Source: Fidelibacterota bacterium (lineage in GTDB: Bacteria; Fidelibacterota; Marinisomatia; Marinisomatales; Marinisomataceae). Taken from it: 64,000 bases of DNA. Shown in pieces: positions 48,662-58,239 of this stretch (positions are counted from its first letter, which is position 1; every line of letters starts with the position of its first letter). A program made the translations under genes and the position numbers. Where the stretch lies: the NCBI GenBank assembly GCA_965212055.1, contig OZ243041.1, positions 96,001 to 160,000 of the forward strand. The letters run 5' to 3'. The notes beneath the pieces are model-generated. The model was not told the DNA's origin and did no database searches. It saw nothing but the letters and a program-made list of their open reading frames with translations.

Positions 48662-48733
48662 TCTGAAAAAAGTTTAAAAAAGTATACATTATAAGTTATT
48701 TAAAAAACACATAAATATTTATTAGTTTCAGAA

Positions 48734-49333
48734 ATGAAAGAAATTGTTATTGCATCATCTAATCAACACAAAGTTTCAGAAATTACTCAAAAGATTCATT
48801 CAAATTTTGACACAATCTATTCTTTATCAGATTTTCCTGAAATTGGAGAGATAAAAGAAGATGGAAACTCAATCCTTGAAAATTCGTTTATAAAATCAAG
48901 GGTTACATTTGATTACACCAATATTCCCTCCCTTGCTGATGATACAGCTTTGGAAGTTGATTATTTAAATGGAGACCCTGGACTTTATACTGCAAGGTAT
49001 GCAGGAGAAAGTGCAACATATGATGATAATATAAATAAACTTTTAAACGCTATGGATGGAGTCCTAACAAAAATGAGAACAGCACGATTCAGAACTATAA
49101 TAACGTATGTAGATGGTGGCAAAAATGATTTTTTTGTAGAAGGATGTGTAGAAGGCTATATTCTGAATGACAAACAAGGTAAATCTGGTTTTGGATATGA
49201 TCCTATTTTTTTTGTTCCAGAAATAGACATGTCTTTAGCAGAAATGTCTTCTGATATAAAGAATAAAATTAGCCATCGTGGAATTGCAATTGATAAATTC
49301 AAGAATAAGATTAATCAGATATTTAATGTATAG
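48734..49333 (+). CDS. rdgB: Non-canonical purine NTP pyrophosphatase (RdgB/HAM1)
   Basis: ASSNQHK, LADDTAL, PGLYTARY, GFGYDPIF, KNKISHRG. Confidence 0.95.
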   Translation: MKEIVIASSNQHKVSEITQKIHSNFDTIYSLSDFPEIGEIKEDGNSILENSFIKSRVTFDYTNIPSLADDTALEVDYLNGDPGLYTARYAGESATYDDNINKLLNAMDGVLTKMRTARFRTIITYVDGGKNDFFVEGCVEGYILNDKQGKSGFGYDPIFFVPEIDMSLAEMSSDIKNKISHRGIAIDKFKNKINQIFNV

Positions 49334-52300
49334 AACACTTTTACTATGTTATTTAATATTTTCTCCAAGCTTATTATTTGGTGCTGATAATCTTATTACT
49401 AATCCTTTTTACAAAACCAAAAAAATTAATTTTTGTTTAAATGATATTTCAAATTATCCAATTGGAATTTTTAACGTAAAAGATTCTTTCACAAAATATC
49501 AAGTTGATTTTAATATTCACTCGAATATAATTTCAATTAGTGAATCTTTTTTAGACAGTCAAAAGATATTACCATATACATCTTCCTTCGACGATTATTT
49601 TGATAACTTTTATACATTGAATCAGAAGTATAATCTTAGTAAACCATTCAATTTTTCTCCATCAGATACAACCCAAACTCGAGCTAGAAAAGACAAATAT
49701 GTAGAAATAGCTGATTTTGATATTGGAAGACTCGGTAGAGCATCATTAAAAGTACAGGGGAATATTAATTTGCAAGGGAAGTTAGTAAACCAAGATCAAG
49801 AATTGGTTAGATCATCCTATAAAGAAAGAGAACAAACAAATTTTCGATTTACTCAAAAACAACAACTTAACGTACAAGGAAAAATTGGTGACCAAGTAAC
49901 CATATCACTAGATCAAAATTCTGAAAGAGATTTTGATTGGGAAAATACGGTTCGTATTGACTATCAAGGACAAGAAGATGATATTCTTCAAAAGTTGGAA
50001 GCTGGTAATATTTCTCTATCATTGCCCGCTACTGAATTCGTTACTTTTTCAGGTCAAAACCAAGGATTATTTGGAGTCAAAGCTTTTACAAAACTTGGTC
50101 CGATGAGTATCACTAGCATTGCTTCACTAGAACGTACAAAAAAAGAATCCCAAAAATATAAAGGAACATCTGAACTACAAACAAAACGAATTCAAGATTA
50201 TGATTATAAGAAAAATTTATATTTCTTTATTCATGATTGGTTTCGTAACGGTGCAACAGATATAATACCAGATAACGGTTTTCAATTAGATGTCCCATCT
50301 TATTATCCGCTTAATAATGGATTGCATCCTATTGGTAACTTAGTAGTGAGAAATTTTGAACTATATAAAATCGATGCATCTAATAATCCTGCGGCAGATC
50401 CAGGTATAGCATATATTGACCCTAATGATACTGATTATTATAGCGATAGCAGCAAAGAAGGTGCCTTTATTCGACTTGAAAGAGGGACTGATTATCGTAT
50501 TAATGAAGATTTAGGATTTATAAGAATGCAGAGTAGTCTACAAAACGAAATTATTGGTGCACAATTTGATTTAACAGATCGATCAACTGGCAATGTAGTC
50601 TTGAGCGTAGGTTCTGATGTTGGAGAAAATGGAAATGATGGTTTAATACTAAAAATGATTAAACCACAATCATCCCATCCAAATCATCCAACATGGGATT
50701 TAATGTTTAAAAATGTTTATTCATTAGGAGGAATTAATATTGATCAAACCAATCTTAGTGTTAGAATTGTTGATAATTTTTCCACTCCAGTGAGTGATAG
50801 GTCAAGTAATGGAGAAACATTTCTAAATTTATTTGGTTTAGATAGTTTGAGTCAAAATGGAGCTTCTTCCCCTGATGAAATTATCGATTTAAGTAACCCT
50901 AATATTGTCAATCTTGTATCTGGTGAAGTTCATTTTCCAGCTCTTTTACCATTTGTTTCAGAAGGAACGATTGTTGGAGGTAATGCTAATGCTAGCCTTA
51001 ATTCTTTGTTGCAAGAAGGGAAAATGTATACAACAAGTAATCGTACAGAATATACTGGAGATTCACGATTTACAATCGAAGCTAATTATACCAGTCCAAA
51101 ATCTTCAATTAATTTAGGATTTACTTTAGTTGAGGGTAGTGAAGAAATTTATTTCAATAATGAAAAATTAGAGAGAGGATCTGACTATCAGATTGATTAT
51201 TTCTCAGGCATAATTGTATTAAATAATAATATTGACCCTAATGGTAATCTAGAAATTGTTTATGATAAACATGATTTGGTAACCTTTGATAGAAAAATAA
51301 TGGTTGGTTCTAGAGCGCAAGTTGATTTTGACGAAAATTCATTTTTAGGCATGACAGCTCTTTATTATAACCAAGATATTGTTAATAAAAAAGTAGAAGT
51401 AGGATACGAACCGATTCAAAATTTTATATGGGATATTAATGGGCGTTACGAAAGAGATTTAGAGAATTTGTCTGCATCATTAAATAAATTAAATATGTTT
51501 GATGCTGAAAAATTGTCAAGATTTAAATTAGAAGGAGAAATAGCACAGGTATTACCTAATCCAAATTCAATTTCGAATTCTTCAACTGGTGATGGAAATG
51601 GTGTAGCATATATTGATGATTTTGAAGGGTCAAAACGTATTACAAATCCATCAATTTTAAGAAGATTCTGGCATATAGCTTCTGCTCCAATTGATATTGA
51701 CACTAATCAATCATTCAATCAACGAGATCGATTAAAAATGCACTGGTATAATCCATTCTCACAGGTTCTTACAAATAATATTTGGCCAAATGTATCTACT
51801 TCACAAAGAGCACAAAATTTAACAACTGATATATTAGTATTAAATTTTGAACCACAAGAATATCAAACCATTACTAATCCAGATTCATTGTGGGCAGGAA
51901 TTACTGCACCAATGTTTGTTGGTGAATATGATCAAACTAGAACAAAATTTTTTGAAATTTGGTTACGTGGTGACTCAGGAAAATTAACAATTGATTTGGG
52001 AAAAATTAGTGAAGATTATGATGGTAATGGTATTTTGAATAACGAAGATATTCCAGATGCAGGTTTGGCACTTGGAAATGGATTTTTGGAAGATAATGAA
52101 GACACAGGGCTAGATGGATGTTTTGATGCATTTGAAGATGGATGGGGAAGTTGTTTAGATAGTAGCGGATCTAATTATCAAGATTATTTATCCGCAGGAG
52201 AATCAGTTCTTATTAATGCTTCTTCAGATATAGATCCAAATGATCCTAATGCTGATAATTGGAATTATGTTGAGGGAAGTTCAGAGTATGAATTTGTTAA

Positions 52301-55300
52301 CGGTACAGAAGGAAATGGTACTGGAGATAGAATTCAACCAGGTGGTAAATATCCTGATAGCGAAGACCTAGATAAGTCAGGATTTCTAGATAGGACCAAT
52401 GATTATTTTACTAAAACAATTTCATTGAATGATACAACCTATGTTGCTGGTTCAACAGTTATTGATGATGTTCCAACAGGTTGGAAGCTTGTTAGAATTC
52501 CAATAAGTCATTTTTCAAGAATACAAGATATTACTTTAAGTGAAATAAAATATATACGACTCATCGTATCCGGTGTAAATCAATCGTCCACTTTGGAGAT
52601 AGCAAAAATGGAACTGGTTGGAAATGCATGGGAAGAATTAGGTACTTCATTGGTATCAGAAAATGAATATACTATTCAAGATAGTACTTTTTTAGTGACG
52701 GTTGTTAATGATGAAGATAACCCTGATTATATCCCTCCAAAGGGTGTTTATGGAGAGTATGATGAGATTAATCAGATTAGGTCAAAAGAACAATCTCTTG
52801 TTTTAAGATTTGATAATATGAATCCGAATATTAAGGGAGGTGCAAAAAAAATACTTTCTTCTATGGACGCTAAGAAAGGGCAAAGCTTTTTGATTTACGA
52901 CAAAATGAAAATGTATGTCTATGGGAATAGTTCTGATATCGGAGAAAATGAATCCGATATTGATTTATTTATAGAATTTGGTAATGGAAAAGAATATTAC
53001 AGATTAAGTCAACCAATCTATGATGGGTGGGACGAAGATGAGAATCGCAATTCAATTGATTTAAATTTGGATTGGCTTACTGAATTAAAAAATGTTGATT
53101 CTACCTCTATTGAAAAATTAAACGATAATGATACATTTGTTGATTCTACTGATTATAAGAGATATTCATTTATCAATGAAAATGATGAAGAATATAAAAA
53201 AGTAGAAATTATAGGAAATCCTTCTTTGTCCAGATTACAATATTTTGTCGTGGGCGTTGAAAATAATTCGAATCATCCTATTAGCGGTGAATTATGGTTA
53301 GATGAATTAAGGTTGAGTGGAGTTAAGAAAGAAAAAGGAACAGCTGTAAGACTAAAATCAGAGTTTAACTTATCTGACCTTAATCAAAGTTCATTTTCCT
53401 ATATAAGAAAAGATGCTGATTTCCATATATTGCAAGAGAGGCTTGGGACAAATATTACTACCGAGAGTTTCATTTTCACAAATCAAATGCAATTAGGAAA
53501 ACTTTTTCCGCAAGCTTTGGGTATTACATTTCCATTAAATATGACATATAATATGCAAAACAATACTCCTAAATTTTTACCAGGGACAGATATAAGAACT
53601 AGTGATAGTGCTCCAGATTCGGTTATTACTCAATCTTCCACAATTAGTTTAAATGGTAAAATTTCAAAGAAGATTAAATCAGAAAATCCTTTTATTAGGT
53701 ATACAATAGACAATCTAAGTACTTCTTTTAGTGTGTCTAAACAGAATCGATCTGACGAGATTATGAAAAGTGTTGATACTGATAGATTCACATCTAGTGT
53801 AGATTATAATTTAAAATTTCCAAGCGATAATTATATTCAAGCATTTAAATGGTTAAAAAAAGTTCCAATTGTTGGAGAAAATATGAGTGAAACAAAGTTT
53901 TTCTATACTCCTAGTTCTTTTAGTACCGGTATAAAATTAAATCAGAACCAAGTAGAGAAACAATCACGAGCGACGGATACGATAGTCGATGATTTTAATT
54001 TAGGATTAAATAGGACTTTTACCTTGAGTTATAAAGTTTTTGACAATTTCCAATTTAATTACAATAGAAATGTAGAAACTGATATGGCAGAATATAGAGA
54101 CAAAATTTTTGATGCATTCAAAGACTTAAAAATAGGTGATACAACAAGAAATAATGAGTCATTTGCTTCAAATTTTTCTCCAAAATGGTTTTCTTGGTTT
54201 AAACCAAATTTTGTATACAATACTAATTATTCATGGAATAAACCACAATCTAGCGTTATAGATGGAGCAAATATTGTTTCTGTAAGAAATAATGGGGTTA
54301 ACTTTAGTCTTTCTCCTACCGAAATTTTTGAATTATTTTATACTCCTGCTTCAAAAAGAAATGTTCCTACTCCAAGAACAAGATCTCGAGAAGATCTTGG
54401 GTCTATTTCATTAGAAGACGATGACAACGAATCAGAAACAATCGAAGATTCTAATAATAACAAAAAACCTAAAAAGAAAAAGGAAAGAAAAATTAATAAT
54501 AGCCTTGCAATGGAGCGAATATATGGATGGTCAAAGAAAATAGAACCCTTATCTATTAGTATAAATAACACTACTAATTTGAGCTCTAATGCTATTCAAG
54601 GCAAGGTGCCATTAAAATACAGATTTGGTCTTTCTGATACGCACGGTTTAGATCATGCATCTGAAGTTGGTTTAAATACTGGTGTTGATGATATCAAAAA
54701 ATCATTATCCATCAGAAGTGGAATCAAATTTGATCCAAATACTTCAATGAATATATCTTTTTCTGAAAGTGTATCATCTAATTTAAATGGTTATGGTATT
54801 GATATTCGTTCAATTAATAGAGACTATTTTGCTTATGGAGAACATCTTTCTGATGGTTTACCATTTTCAAACTGGGCTTTCAGAATTGGAGGTCTTGAAA
54901 AGATAAACTTTATTAGTCCTTATGTAAATTCATTATCAATTGAACATGCATTTAATGGGAAACAAACTGTTTCATGGAAATTTAATGACCCTGGAATCGG
55001 TGCCATTGATTTATTGAAAATATCGTCTTTTGTTAGTGACAATGATGATTATATTCAATTTTCTAGAGTATCAAGAAATTTTACTCCTTTAATCGGAATT
55101 ACAACTTCTTTTAAAAATGGAATATCTACTAATATTAGAACAAATGTAGTCCATACACTTGATGAAGTTCCGAATGGATTAACTTATATATCAGAAAATA
55201 GTATACTTGCAAGTCTAACATATAACTTTACAAAAGGTATTCGCGTACCCCTTCCATTTACTGAACGTGATATTTATCTAAAAAATAATATTAACCTTAC

Positions 55301-55532
55301 TTTAAATATAGATGTCAGTGAAAAGAAAGAAGAAGGTTCAAAAGATAAAATTAATTTTGCCGAGCAAAATTTTGTTGATTCATGGAAAACAATTTTAAGA
55401 GTAACTTATACTTTAACAGACAATGTTTCTGGTAGTCTTTTTTATGAATATAGAGTAAATGATACTCGATTGACAGGCAGAAGAACTGACAGGGATTTTG
55501 GAATCAATATAAATGTTGCAATTAGGGGCTAG
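49326..55532 (+). CDS. sprA: Cell surface protein SprA (type IX secretion system translocon homologue)
   Basis: About 2070 aa, start likely ATG 49326; QQLNVQGKIGD, EAGNISLSLP, GLFGVK, WDLMFKNVYSLG, GEIAQVLP, YIDDFEGS, IDLGKISED, ELWLDELRL. Confidence 0.9.
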   Translation: MYRTLLLCYLIFSPSLLFGADNLITNPFYKTKKINFCLNDISNYPIGIFNVKDSFTKYQVDFNIHSNIISISESFLDSQKILPYTSSFDDYFDNFYTLNQKYNLSKPFNFSPSDTTQTRARKDKYVEIADFDIGRLGRASLKVQGNINLQGKLVNQDQELVRSSYKEREQTNFRFTQKQQLNVQGKIGDQVTISLDQNSERDFDWENTVRIDYQGQEDDILQKLEAGNISLSLPATEFVTFSGQNQGLFGVKAFTKLGPMSITSIASLERTKKESQKYKGTSELQTKRIQDYDYKKNLYFFIHDWFRNGATDIIPDNGFQLDVPSYYPLNNGLHPIGNLVVRNFELYKIDASNNPAADPGIAYIDPNDTDYYSDSSKEGAFIRLERGTDYRINEDLGFIRMQSSLQNEIIGAQFDLTDRSTGNVVLSVGSDVGENGNDGLILKMIKPQSSHPNHPTWDLMFKNVYSLGGINIDQTNLSVRIVDNFSTPVSDRSSNGETFLNLFGLDSLSQNGASSPDEIIDLSNPNIVNLVSGEVHFPALLPFVSEGTIVGGNANASLNSLLQEGKMYTTSNRTEYTGDSRFTIEANYTSPKSSINLGFTLVEGSEEIYFNNEKLERGSDYQIDYFSGIIVLNNNIDPNGNLEIVYDKHDLVTFDRKIMVGSRAQVDFDENSFLGMTALYYNQDIVNKKVEVGYEPIQNFIWDINGRYERDLENLSASLNKLNMFDAEKLSRFKLEGEIAQVLPNPNSISNSSTGDGNGVAYIDDFEGSKRITNPSILRRFWHIASAPIDIDTNQSFNQRDRLKMHWYNPFSQVLTNNIWPNVSTSQRAQNLTTDILVLNFEPQEYQTITNPDSLWAGITAPMFVGEYDQTRTKFFEIWLRGDSGKLTIDLGKISEDYDGNGILNNEDIPDAGLALGNGFLEDNEDTGLDGCFDAFEDGWGSCLDSSGSNYQDYLSAGESVLINASSDIDPNDPNADNWNYVEGSSEYEFVNGTEGNGTGDRIQPGGKYPDSEDLDKSGFLDRTNDYFTKTISLNDTTYVAGSTVIDDVPTGWKLVRIPISHFSRIQDITLSEIKYIRLIVSGVNQSSTLEIAKMELVGNAWEELGTSLVSENEYTIQDSTFLVTVVNDEDNPDYIPPKGVYGEYDEINQIRSKEQSLVLRFDNMNPNIKGGAKKILSSMDAKKGQSFLIYDKMKMYVYGNSSDIGENESDIDLFIEFGNGKEYYRLSQPIYDGWDEDENRNSIDLNLDWLTELKNVDSTSIEKLNDNDTFVDSTDYKRYSFINENDEEYKKVEIIGNPSLSRLQYFVVGVENNSNHPISGELWLDELRLSGVKKEKGTAVRLKSEFNLSDLNQSSFSYIRKDADFHILQERLGTNITTESFIFTNQMQLGKLFPQALGITFPLNMTYNMQNNTPKFLPGTDIRTSDSAPDSVITQSSTISLNGKISKKIKSENPFIRYTIDNLSTSFSVSKQNRSDEIMKSVDTDRFTSSVDYNLKFPSDNYIQAFKWLKKVPIVGENMSETKFFYTPSSFSTGIKLNQNQVEKQSRATDTIVDDFNLGLNRTFTLSYKVFDNFQFNYNRNVETDMAEYRDKIFDAFKDLKIGDTTRNNESFASNFSPKWFSWFKPNFVYNTNYSWNKPQSSVIDGANIVSVRNNGVNFSLSPTEIFELFYTPASKRNVPTPRTRSREDLGSISLEDDDNESETIEDSNNNKKPKKKKERKINNSLAMERIYGWSKKIEPLSISINNTTNLSSNAIQGKVPLKYRFGLSDTHGLDHASEVGLNTGVDDIKKSLSIRSGIKFDPNTSMNISFSESVSSNLNGYGIDIRSINRDYFAYGEHLSDGLPFSNWAFRIGGLEKINFISPYVNSLSIEHAFNGKQTVSWKFNDPGIGAIDLLKISSFVSDNDDYIQFSRVSRNFTPLIGITTSFKNGISTNIRTNVVHTLDEVPNGLTYISENSILASLTYNFTKGIRVPLPFTERDIYLKNNINLTLNIDVSEKKEEGSKDKINFAEQNFVDSWKTILRVTYTLTDNVSGSLFYEYRVNDTRLTGRRTDRDFGININVAIRG

Positions 55533-55533
55533 A

Positions 55534-56451
55534 ATGAGATTTGTATTAATAGCAATTATCGTGTTTGGTTGTAGTAAACAACAGGCAGTAGAAGTGCCAC
55601 ATTTTAGTGGGGTAAAGGCATTTGAGTATTTAGAAAAGCAATGTGAATTTGGGCCAAGAAATCCTGGTTCAACTGGTCATAAAGAGTTTGCAAATTATTT
55701 AGAAAATTTTCTTAAAGAACATTCTGATAATATTTTAATTCAAGATTTTGAATACATTGAACCTGTAACAGAAAACTTAAGACAAGGAAAAAATTTTATT
55801 GTTCAGTTTAATCAAACTGCAGAATATAGATTATTAATTGGAGCTCATTGGGATACTCGAGCTGTTTCTGAACAAGATAAAAATATGGAACAGAAAACCC
55901 TTCCAGTCCTTGGAGCAAATGATGGTGCGAGCGGTACAGCAATATTAATGACTCTCTATGATCTGTTTGCAGTTGATGAACCCCCGATTGGTATTGATTT
56001 AGTGTTTTTTGATGCCGAAGATGTTGGTAGATCATTTGAAGGTAATACTTTTGCTGTCGGCTCAGAATTCTTTTCTAAAAATCTTCCTATTGAAAAACCT
56101 GATTTCGCTATTATTGTTGATATGGTTGGAGATAAACAATTGAATCTACCTATTGAAAGATTCTCTTATAATATTGCTCCTAAAAAAGTAAAAGAAATTT
56201 GGGATATGGCAGAAGATCTTTCTTTAAATGCTTTTGAGAAGAGGATTGTTGAAGAAATTTATGACGATCATGTTCCGTTATGGGAAAATGCTCAAATTCC
56301 TGCTATTGATATTATTGATTTTAAATATCCTAATCTGTTTTATAATTATTGGCATACACAACAAGATATACCTGAAAATTGTTCTCCAAAAAGTTTGGAG
56401 CAGGTTGGTACTTTATTATTAAATTATATTTATGTTTCAGATCACAAATAA
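55534..56451 (+). CDS. M28 family lipoprotein, glutaminyl cyclase-like
   Basis: Start ATG 55534; lipobox VFGC; FGPRNPGS, AHWDTR, GANDGASG, FFDAEDVG, DMVGD, DDHVP, YWHT. Confidence 0.85.
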   Translation: MRFVLIAIIVFGCSKQQAVEVPHFSGVKAFEYLEKQCEFGPRNPGSTGHKEFANYLENFLKEHSDNILIQDFEYIEPVTENLRQGKNFIVQFNQTAEYRLLIGAHWDTRAVSEQDKNMEQKTLPVLGANDGASGTAILMTLYDLFAVDEPPIGIDLVFFDAEDVGRSFEGNTFAVGSEFFSKNLPIEKPDFAIIVDMVGDKQLNLPIERFSYNIAPKKVKEIWDMAEDLSLNAFEKRIVEEIYDDHVPLWENAQIPAIDIIDFKYPNLFYNYWHTQQDIPENCSPKSLEQVGTLLLNYIYVSDHK

Positions 56452-57485
56452 ATTGCTATTAATCATTGTTTTTTTAATGAATTGTTCAGGAGGCGGAAGT
56501 TCTTCTACAGGGCCTGATGATGAATCTAATGGTAGCGGTACTGGTGGAAGGAGGAGAGTCTTATACTTTTGCTAATGCCACTAATTTTGATCAAGAAAAT
56601 CAAATAGAAGTGATTTCTTGGAATATTCAAACATTTCCACAGTTAAGTACTACTCCAAATTATGTTAAAAGTTTACTTGAAACTTGGAATGCTGATATTT
56701 ATTTATTTCAAGAAATTATTGATAAAAATACATTAATCAATATGGTAAACTTAATGCCAGAATATTCCTATGTTATTTCTGGTGAGACAAGTAATATGCA
56801 TTTTGCATTAGTTTATAAAAATGCAAATTCAGATTGTTCTGCTTGTGGGATAGTAACATTCAATTATAGCAATGAATTATGGTCTGATACGGCAAACTAT
56901 AATGATAATGATGACGATCCTAATAATAATGCCAAATATCAATTTGCGAGCAGACCTCCTATGGAAAATTTTGTTACTTGGACCAATGGAACTAAATCAG
57001 TTAATCTCTATCTTATTGATATTCATTACAAATGTTGTGGTGATAATACTTTAGATATTTCCAATAAAAGCTCTGAAACAACAAGGAGACATTATGCAAG
57101 TACACTTCTTAGAGATTATGTCATCAATCAAAGAGCGAGTGATTATGTAATGATTGTGGGAGATTTTAACAATATTGGTGAGCAATCTATATCAAATCCT
57201 TCAATTGCTCCATTAACAGATCCTGATCTTAATTCTAATTATTTCAAAATGGCAGACGAACATATTTTCTATCAAAGTAATTCTACTTGGTCATGGCAAG
57301 GGTGGAGAAGTTCTTATGCTCCCTCTCATCTTGATCATGTAATAATTAGTCAACCACTCTTTCAATTTGAATCTGTTTCTGATTCTGGAATAATTGATAT
57401 GCTTACCGAAACTGGGATGTCAGCATATGATATTGATGATAAGCTTTCAGATCATAAACCATCTTATTTTAGATTTTATCCATAA
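56432..57485 (+). pseudogene. Endonuclease/exonuclease/phosphatase family lipoprotein with an apparent +1 frameshift at about 56548-56549
   Basis: ATG 56432 gives MFQITNKLLLIIVFLMNC-SGGGSSSTGPDDESNGSGTGG and then stops; removing one A joins it to GGESYTFAN.. of the 56517 frame (SWNI, FQEI, HYKCC, VGDFN, HLDHV, SDH). Could be a sequencing error. Confidence 0.75.
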
Positions 57486-57486
57486 A

Positions 57487-58239
57487 GTGAATTATTTTTC
57501 TTTTTTTGCACTATTTCTTTTATTAATAAGTGCAATTTTTTCTCAAGATTTTGAAGAAATTGATTCTAATCTTCTGAGTCGAAATTTTGAAGATACTATT
57601 ATTCCTCTAAATAAATTAAATACAGAATATCCAAAAAATTTAGAAGTATTAGTTCGGCTATCAGCAGCACATCATTTATTGTCAGAAAAAGTGTATGACA
57701 AAGCAATGGATACATATCATCTAGATAAATCACTTCATTATATTACAGAAGCTATAAAAATTGATTCAACAAATGGAGAAATTCATAAATGGTATGCACT
57801 TGCGTATGGGAAAAAACTCGAAAATGCTAATATTAGAACTCAAATTGAAGGTTCTAAAATAATTGCTTTCCATTCCACTGAAGCAATTAAAAAATTACCT
57901 GATGATCCATATTGCTATAATGTAATGGGACAATGGCATTATCGTTTAGCAGATTTAGGAAAAGTATCACGAAAACTAGCACAAATCATTTTTGAAGAAC
58001 CTCCAGAGGGATCATTTGAAGTAGCAGAGTCTTATTTTAAGACAAGTATTGCATTAGAACCAGAATATATAGGTACCTATTATTGGCTCGGAAAAACGTA
58101 TCAGAAGTTAGGTAAATCTGATGATGCTCTATCGGTATTTAAAAAAGGAATTAAATTATTGCCTCCATATAAAAGAGAGGAAGCAATGTATAAAGAAATG
58201 ATTAAAATTCTTGAAAAGAATGACAGAAAAAAATCTTAA
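57487..58239 (+). CDS. Secreted TPR protein, RMDN/FAM82 (regulator of microtubule dynamics)-like
   Basis: GTG start 57487, signal ..SAIFS|QD; HKWYA, MGQWHY.LA, R..A..IF.EPP.GS.E.A..YF, LGKTY.KLG. Confidence 0.75.
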   Translation: MNYFSFFALFLLLISAIFSQDFEEIDSNLLSRNFEDTIIPLNKLNTEYPKNLEVLVRLSAAHHLLSEKVYDKAMDTYHLDKSLHYITEAIKIDSTNGEIHKWYALAYGKKLENANIRTQIEGSKIIAFHSTEAIKKLPDDPYCYNVMGQWHYRLADLGKVSRKLAQIIFEEPPEGSFEVAESYFKTSIALEPEYIGTYYWLGKTYQKLGKSDDALSVFKKGIKLLPPYKREEAMYKEMIKILEKNDRKKS

